NCBI RefSeq assembly: GCF_006345805.1
Contig: NW_021825368.1
Coordinates: forward strand, 1-15,930
Length of the DNA stretch: 15,930 nt
DNA from: Octopus sinensis
Taxonomy: Eukaryota
Direction: 5' to 3'
Within the stretch, counting starts at the first letter, position 1, and the number at the start of each line of letters is the position of its first letter. Position numbers and translations under genes: made by a program. Shown here in pieces: positions 9,407 to 15,930 of this stretch. Under the pieces are notes generated by a model. The model saw only the letters and a list, made by a program, of their open reading frames with translations, made no database searches and was not told the origin of the DNA.

Positions 9407-10204
9407 AAATATATATTCTTGATGTGCTGCTTGTTGACGGTGCAGCATTTGTGGCATATCTGATGAAGAAAACTACTGAATGCTTTTCGTGTGTTAGTGA
9501 AGCCATTGATCTCAAGCCTAAAGAAAACTGAAGTAGACAAACCCAAGACAAAGAAAAGGAGTAAAACACAGCTAACCTATCCATATTCTCCTCTAACAAA
9601 TCCCATTAAATAGAATAGCCAAGATTTAATACAAATTTAGAATCGTAAATAGATAATCCAATGTAATCGACTCTTTGGTTACTTGCAGCGTCATTTCTGC
9701 TAAAATCTGAAAAAGAAAATTGATGTAGTTCGTATTAACATTGTTTATAGATCTGAGATCCAAAATCCTTTTAAGACCTATATCGAACGTTTGGATACTT
9801 TCCATAATTGTAGCATCTGTTGGTTCACCTACAAGGACAAAATCCAGTGTCAATATTTTCCAAGGAAATTGTTTAGACACATTACGTGTTGGGCTTCAGT
9901 TTAGTTGGCTTAGCCATAGCATTTGAGTGAGCGAACGCCTACCCAAAAGTCTCTTACACAAGTTATTTCTATAAATGTGTGCGGACCGATAAGAGACATG
10001 CTTTAAAGTACAAATATGATGTGAAATCGAATTTATCTTTTAGGTTGGAAAGAGAGTCCTGTCGCATTTTAAGATGAGGGGAAAAAAAAACAAATATTTC
10101 TTGGGGCTTAACTGATATATTTAACCAAATAAATATTTTCCCCCATTATTAATGATATAATCCCAACTATTAGGCAAATTGTTGATCCCTCAAACGTAAA
10201 ATTC

Positions 10205-11259
10205 TTCAAGTATCCTAATAGATTTCATCGAACCCCAGAGCTCAACTGGTACTTATTTTATCGATCCCTAAAAGATAAAGGGTAAAGTTGACCTCGACCA
10301 AATTTGAACTCAGAACATAAAGACGGACGAAATACTTATTTCTTTACTACCCACACGGGGCTAAACACAGAGGGGACAAATAAGGACGGACAAACGGATT
10401 AAGTCTATTACATCGACCCCAGTGCGCAACTGGTATTTATTTAATAGGACCCCGAAAGGATGAAAAGCAAAGTCGATCTCGGCGGAATTTGAACTCAGAA
10501 CGTAACTGCAGACGAAATACCGTTAAGCATTTTGGCCGGCGTACTAACGATTCTTATTTCTTTATTGCCCACAAGGGGCTAAACATAGAGAGGACAAACA
10601 AGCACAGACAAAGGATTTAAGTCGATTACATCGACCCCAGTGCGTAACTGGTACTTAATTTATCGACCCCGAAAGGATGAAAGGTAAAGTCGACCTCGGC
10701 GGAATTTGAACTCAGAACGTAAAGACGGACGAAATATCGCTAAGCATTTCGCCCCGCGCGCTAACGATTCTGCCAACTCGCCGCCTTTCGAGGGAGGGAG
10801 ATAATGAACGAAAGAGAGTAATAATTCTCTTATTATTCTTATTTTGGCACAAAGGAAGCAATTTTGAGGAGTGGGGAAAAGTCGATTACATTGACCCCAA
10901 TAGCCAACCGTTACTTATTTTATCAACTCCAAAAGGATGAAGAGCAAAGTCAACCTCGATGGCATATGAACTGAGAACGTAAAGCTCGGAAGGAAATACC
11001 TATTTCTTTACTACCCACAAGGGGCTAAACACAGAGGGGACAAACTAGGACAGACATAGGTATTAAGTCGATTACATCGACTCCAGTGCATAACTGGTAC
11101 TTAATTTATCGACCCCGAAAGGATGAAAGGCAAAGTCGACCTCAGCGGAATTTGAACTTACAACGTAACGACAGACGAAATACGGCTACGCATTTCGCCC
11201 AGCGTGCTAACGTTTCTGCCAGCTCGCCGCAGTAACGATAATGCTAGCTCGGCGCCTTA
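10205..11259 (-). mobile_element. Head-to-tail stack of five family C SINE copies (about 10205-10335, 10336-10553, 10554-10787, 10830-10999, 11000-11230, plus orphan head 11231-11259)
   Basis: The gtcgattacatcgacccc...tttgaactcagaacgtaa body recurs in each copy. Junctions gaaatac|ttatttcttt, ctaacgattc|ttatttcttt and gaaatac|ctatttcttt. Confidence 0.9.
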
Positions 11260-11482
11260 GAGTTTTGCTGTAATAATAATTATTGGAAAATAACTGACAG
11301 AAACAATATAAGCTGTTGGATTATTATTGCTATAATAAATGAATTTAGACGCAAAGCGTTAATCATTTACGTGCTTAGCGTTTTAAAGTACTCTATATAA
11401 CAGTAAAGGAGAAATAATAAAATATAGCAAATTATGAAGCACCGAATTTCTACTTAGGTATTCGCTGTATCAGTTAACAGAT

Positions 11483-12815
11483 AATTTCAGGTGTGACATT
11501 ATTGAGAAGAAAAAGGTAATTAGCGGATAATTCAGGTAAGATGCTATCTAAAACAGAAAATTAGTAGAGAATTTCAGGTGAGGTAATCCATGAAGTAGAA
11601 AGTTAGCTAACATTTTTCGGTGGGATAATACATGAAACAAAGATTTAACAAAATTTCAGGTGAGTGAGATATTACCTGCAATAGATAATTTGATGGTCTT
11701 TCAGGTAAAATATGATCTAGAACTGAGATTTGGTGGACACTTTTCTGGTAAGGTTTTTATCTTGAACAGAATAATTCAGTAGAATTTCAAGTGAGAACGG
11801 AAAGTAGACGATATGAGGCAAAATATTACCTGGAACTAAACATTACCAAATTCCAGGTGAGATATTGACTGGAATAGAATGTTAAAATACTATTTCAGGT
11901 AGAATATAACCTGAGAATAATATTCATCAAACTCTTTGTGGAAACAAAATAATATCCAAATTTCAGGCCCGTGAGAGTAAGTTATCAGACGATTTTTAAT
12001 GATAAACTGCGATATATTGTGATATATTACGCAGAAGAGAATGTTGGCAAACAATTCCAGTTGAAATATTGCCTGAAGTAGAGAAATTAATGGATAATTT
12101 CAAGTGAGATACAACCCAGGAGAGTATGGTAGCAGAAAAATTTCAGGTTATATATTACTTGAAATAGAAAAGTTGAACACGATTTCAGGTGAGATATTTA
12201 CAGAGACAGATATTCACCAGACTAACTCAAAGAGTCATCAGACAATTACAGGTGATATATTCTGATATATTATGTTATCGAATAGTTCCAGGTGATGTAA
12301 TACAGGGTGCAAAGAAATTAGTAGGGTATTGCAGGTTGGATTTACCTTTAACTGTAAATGAGCAGACTAATTATTTCAGGTCAGACAATACCTGAGATAA
12401 GCTATTTCGAGGAGGTGGGGCACAATAGTAGAATCTGAGTATCTGGTACAGGAATATCTGTAGAATATTTTCAGGTGTGATATTACCTGAAATAAATAAG
12501 AAAAAGGTTAATTTCAGGTTATACAACGATAGAAATTAATTAAACTATGTTCAGGTGAGATATCACCTGCTAAAGAAACTGGGAACAGGGAAATTGGTTG
12601 GGTATTTCAGGTGAAATGTACCTGGAACTGTAAGGGAACAGGTATGTTGTAATATGAAAAATAAAGTCATCAAATTATTTCAGGTAAGATAACGACTGGA
12701 ATAGGTATTCAGCAAGCTACTTCAGGTGAGATATAGCGTTGGGCTTATGTCAGGTGAGTTACCAGAAAATTCAACCGAATATTTTCAGGTGTGATATGAC
12801 TTGAAATAAGAAAAG
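11483..12815 (+). repeat. Degenerate 42-43-bp tandem array with palindromic core TTTCAGGT-GAGATATT-ACCTGGAA (block 1)
   Basis: 22 intact CAGGT cores counted by eye (11488, 11533, 11575, 11657, 11702, 11854, 11896, 12144, 12186, 12249, 12289, 12332, 12377, 12472, 12515, 12552, 12608, 12639, 12681, 12723, 12751, 12786) plus in-register variants (11618, 11745, 11788, 11964, 12058, 12101). The commonest spacings are 42 and 43. Rough consensus AATTTCAGGTGAGATATTACCTGGAATAGAAAATTAGCAAAC. Confidence 0.88.
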
Positions 12816-13052
12816 TTACGCGTCAGTAGAAATATAGAACTTTATTGAATTAAAGACAGAAGCTGCACTATTCATCCGGTTGAATATTCCTTTATTGACG
12901 TATTCACTTAAAAAAAAAACCACAATATACTTCTGAGCGAGGTTAAAAGGGTCTTTTCCTGGATGAGCAATCCAGTTTCTGGCTTTTCTATGATATACAT
13001 AAGTTATGTATGTCATATTATCATGAAGATTTTAATTAAGAGCCGATTACAT

Positions 13053-13820
13053 TTTTTTGTCTTTTACCTTTTATGTCATTCGGTTACTAAACTTTCGGCC
13101 ATGCTTGGGCACCACCTAGAATAATTTTTAACCGAATCAACTCTCGTACTTATTCTATCGGTCTCTTTTGCCGAACGGCTACACATCCCAAAACCGTAGG
13201 ACAAACAAACATTCACACAATCATATATATATATACTCTTTTACTTGTTTCAGTCATTTGACTGCGGCCATGCTGGAGCACCGTCTTTAGTCGAGCAAAT
13301 CGACCCCGGGACTTATTCTTTGTAAGCCCAGTACTTATTCTATCGGTCTTTTTTGCCGAACCGCTAAGTGACGGGGATGTAAACACACCAGCATCGGTTG
13401 TCAATCAATGCTAGGGGGACAAACACAGACACACAAACATATACACACACACTTATATATATATACATATATACGACAGGCTTCTTTCAGTTTCCGTCTA
13501 CCAAATCCTCTCACAAGGCATTGGTCGGCCCGGGGCTATAGCAGAAGACACTTGCCCAAGATGCCACGCAGTGGGACTGAACCCGGAACCATGTGGTTGG
13601 TTAGCAAGCTACTTACCACACAGCCACTCCTATATATATATATATATATTATATACGATGGACTTCCTTCAGTTTCCGTCTATCAAATCCACTCACAACG
13701 CTTTCGTCAGCCTGAGGCTATAATAAAAGACACTTGCCTAACGTGCCCTGCAGTGGGACTGAACCCAGAACCATGTGGTTGGGAGGCAAAATTGTTACCA
13801 CACACCCACGCCCACGCCTG
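13053..13820 (-). mobile_element. Older, diverged family A SINE (A4), split by the younger A3 inserted in its internal (TA)n
   Basis: Diverged right arm ~13053-13225 (cggccatgcttgggcacc...gtacttattctatcggtctcttttgccgaac) and diverged left arm ~13652-13820 (ttcagtttccgtctatcaaatccactcacaa...cagtgggactgaacccagaaccatgtgg) flank A3. Confidence 0.8.
13235..13631 (-). mobile_element. Family A SINE, copy A3 (young, full length)
   Basis: Reverse complement of A1/A2 from the tail (actcttttacttgtttcagtc) to the head (ccacacagccactcct); (TA)n on both sides. Confidence 0.93.
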
Positions 13821-13944
13821 CATCTATACAGCCACGGCGGCGCCTCTTTCTATATTTGTCCTGAAATATATAAGTTTAGTACGTCATATAGATAAACATT
13901 TTAATCTAGGGCTTATTTAGCTGCATAATTCGCATTTTATTGAA

Positions 13945-14400
13945 CAAATTTCAGGTAAGGTAATTACCTGAAAATGAAAATCAGTAATCTAAAAAATTCC
14001 AGGTATTAACCCAGAAATATTTTCATTGAAATATATAAGACAAGACGTTACCTGGAACAGAGCGTTAGCAAAATATGTCAGGTGTGATGTTATCTGGAAC
14101 AGAAAGATATTTCTTGGAAGAGAAATTGAGCAAACTAATTCCAGATGAAATATTTTACCTGACACAAGAAATTTAGCGGACAATTTCTAGTGAGATCTTT
14201 CAAAGACCGAGAAAAAATCAACGGAGTATTTCAAATTAGATGTTCACTGGAATGGAAAACTAGAAATGTATCTCAGGTGAAATATTACAGTTACTAAATT
14301 TCTCAGGTGAGATTGTAAATGAAGCAGAAAATTACTAAACAATTCAGGATGAAATAATACTAGGAATTGAATACATGCAGGATACTTCAAGTAACTGAAA
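13945..14400 (+). repeat. Palindromic 42-43-bp array, block 2
   Basis: CAGGT cores at 13952, 14000, 14079, 14274, 14304 plus variants (ccagatgaaatattttacctg, ttctagtgagat, ttcaggatgaaat). Perfect 10-bp-arm palindrome tttcaggtaa-ggtaa-ttacctgaaa at 13949-13973. Confidence 0.82.
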
Positions 14401-14689
14401 ACGCGTGGCCTAGTGGTTAGGGTATTGCACTCATCATCGCTAGATGGTGGGTTCTGTTCCCGGACAGGGAGGTGCTTTGGGTTCTTGAGCAAACAGCAAG
14501 TTGCTCCGGTCCATTTAGCTGTAAATGGATCACCCTGCGACGGACTAGTGTTCCGACCAGGAGAAATGTTGGCCTACTCGCCTAGTCAGCATGGTGGCAT
14601 CATTCGAAAGCTAAAGCGATGCAAAGGGCATTGTGACCAGCGATGTATAACAATGTCCGTTAGTCTGGCCGATCACGTGATCATGTGAT
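14401..14689 (+). mobile_element. tRNA-derived SINE family D (single diverged copy, CORE-like middle)
   Basis: Head gcgtggcctagtggttaggg (A box TGGCCTAGTGG)...ggttctgttccc (B-box-like); then gttcttgagcaa...ttgctccggtccatttagctgtaaatgg; ends gatcacgtgatcatgtga. No second copy in the window; no TSD found. Confidence 0.65.
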
Positions 14690-14870
14690 TTCAAATAAGA
14701 TGTTAATTAAGAAATTTATTCATCACACTATTTCAGGCGAGATATTACTTGACACAAGACATTTACCAGTTAATTCCCGAGAAGTAATAAGAAGCTAATT
14801 TATTAATTATCCATAATATACTCATTAAAAAAATCGTCACCAGTTAACTTTTTCCAGTTTTGTTATTCAT

Positions 14871-15048
14871 AGGCGCAAGTACGGGTTTCAGTCCTACTGC
14901 GCGCGGCACCAAGGGCAAGTACTTATTCTATCGGTCTCTTATAGCAAAGCGTTTCATTACGGGGACGTAAACACACCAACACCGGTTGCCGAGCGGTAGT
15001 AGGGGTCAAACAAAGACACACACACACACACACACACACATACACACA

Positions 15049-15100
<52 letters not shown>

Positions 15101-15149
15101 CGACGAGCTTCTTTCAGCTAAATCCACTCACAAGGCTTTCATCGACCCG
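14871..15149 (-). mobile_element. Rearranged family A SINE (A5): plus-strand head fragment 14871-14920 fused to a minus-strand body with internal (CA)n
   Basis: aggcgc...gggtttcagtcctactgcgcgcggcaccaagggcaagt (sense head) runs directly into acttattctatcggtctc (antisense right arm); (CA)n ~15016-15088. Confidence 0.75.
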
Positions 15150-15492
15150 GCGCTACAGTAGAAGACACTTGCAGTGGGACTGAACTCAGAACCATGTGGT
15201 TGGTACGCAAGCTTCTTACCACACGCGCTACAGTAGAAGACATCTGCCTAAGGTGCCACGCAGTGGGACTGAACTCAGAACCATGTGGTTGGTACGCAAG
15301 CTTCTTACCACACGCGCTACAGTAGAAGACACTTGCCTAAGGTGCCACGCAGTGGGACTGAACTCAGAACCATGTGGTTGGTACGCAGGGCTTCTTACCA
15401 CACGCGCTACAGTAGAAGACATTTGCCTAAGGTGCCACGCAGTGGGACTGAACTCAGAACCATGTGGTTGGTACGCAAGCTTCTTACCACAC
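15150..15492 (-). repeat. Four tandem copies of an 89-bp unit made of the family A SINE tRNA head + CORE-like start
   Basis: Units start 15150 (75 bp, 14-bp deletion ctaaggtgccacgc), 15225 (89), 15314 (90), 15404 (89); nearly identical. Confidence 0.95.
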
Positions 15493-15534
15493 AGCATGAC
15501 TGGATATCTTTGGCTATTTGATTTTTGATTTTTC

Positions 15535-15575
15535 CAGTTTCAGCTAATGAGCTGTGGCCATGCTGGGGAACCGCT
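15535..15575 (-). mobile_element. Short family A-like 3' arm fragment
   Basis: gtttcagctaatgagctgtggccatgctggggaaccgc resembles gtttcagtcatttgactgcggccatgctggagcaccgc. Confidence 0.6.
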
Positions 15576-15783
15576 ATTTTTTTTTTTTTGAATAATTTTT
15601 CTAATTTTTGTAATGATTTTTCTTTTTAGGCGTGTCTGCTCTTTTGTGCACCGACATTTTTTTTTATAATTTAATCTCCAGTGTACTACGAAATCACAAA
15701 GCTACAGAACCACTGCTGTGCTATATCTTTCTTATAAAGTCCCCTGTATACCGTAGTATATAGACAGACATTCAACAAATCAT

Positions 15784-15890
15784 TATTTCAGGTATTATCT
15801 CACTCAAAGTAGGAAGTGAATGGATTAATTCAGATGAGATATTATCTGCAACAGGAAATTAAGAGACCATTTGAGATGTTTTACTATGTC
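15784..15890 (+). repeat. Palindromic 42-43-bp array, block 3 (may continue beyond the window)
   Basis: tatttcaggtattatctc (15789) and taattcagatgagatattatctgcaacaggaaatt (15831), 42 bp apart. An isolated unit tatttcaggcgagatattacttgacac also lies at 14729-14755. Confidence 0.7.
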
Positions 15891-15930
15891 CTGTATATTA
15901 TTGATTTCTAATACAAAAAAATGTCCTCTG

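Noticed and set aside
11483-12815. CRISPR array interpretation (palindromic repeat + spacer, ~43-bp period)
   Set aside because: Eukaryotic repeat context, no cas genes, repeats far too divergent, and the spacers share a consensus (ATAGAAAATTAGCAAAC-like) rather than being unique.
11483-12815. Coding 14-aa repeat (ISGEILPGIEKL-like, superficially LRR-like)
   Set aside because: A 43-bp spacing is as common as 42 and other spacings are irregular, so frame is not kept; stops are frequent and the longest ORF (12189-12395) does not follow that frame.
13408-13920. 170-aa ORF
   Set aside because: Antisense read-through of nested family A SINEs and microsatellite; the same peptide words recur in other SINE-derived ORFs.
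15196-15528. ORFs with repeated peptides ([23 protein letters not shown] etc.)
   Set aside because: Products of the 89/90-bp SINE-head tandem repeat; the peptide switches frame between units.

Overview
Repeat-saturated, AT-rich eukaryotic window with no supportable host protein-coding gene, so intergenic or intronic. The SINE families look like those I recall as abundant in Octopus (coleoid cephalopod) genomes; this is recognition from memory, not a database result. Left to right: (1) ~1.4 kb compound microsatellite; (2) tandem cluster of tRNA-derived SINEs; (3) internally deleted, dead Helitron (Rep fragments, intact hairpin+CTAG 3' end) carrying three later SINE insertions, two of which form a near-identical ~380-bp inverted pair; (4) mariner 5' relic and two small minisatellites; (5) decayed RTE-clade LINE (APE endonuclease plus linker) split by a SINE; (6) head-to-tail SINE stacks whose junctions fall inside the SINE's own head; (7) from ~11.48 kb to the window end, a degenerate 42-43-bp tandem array, interrupted by SINEs, whose conserved core TTTCAGGTGAGATATTACCTGGAA is both a dyad/hairpin and an AG|GT(RAG) acceptor-donor fusion; (8) an 89-bp tandem amplification of a SINE Pol III head. 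Most ORFs in the track are microsatellite or SINE artefacts; the recognisable ones are transposon relics. The palindromic AG|GT array is the main unexplained structure. The family labels A-D are mine.
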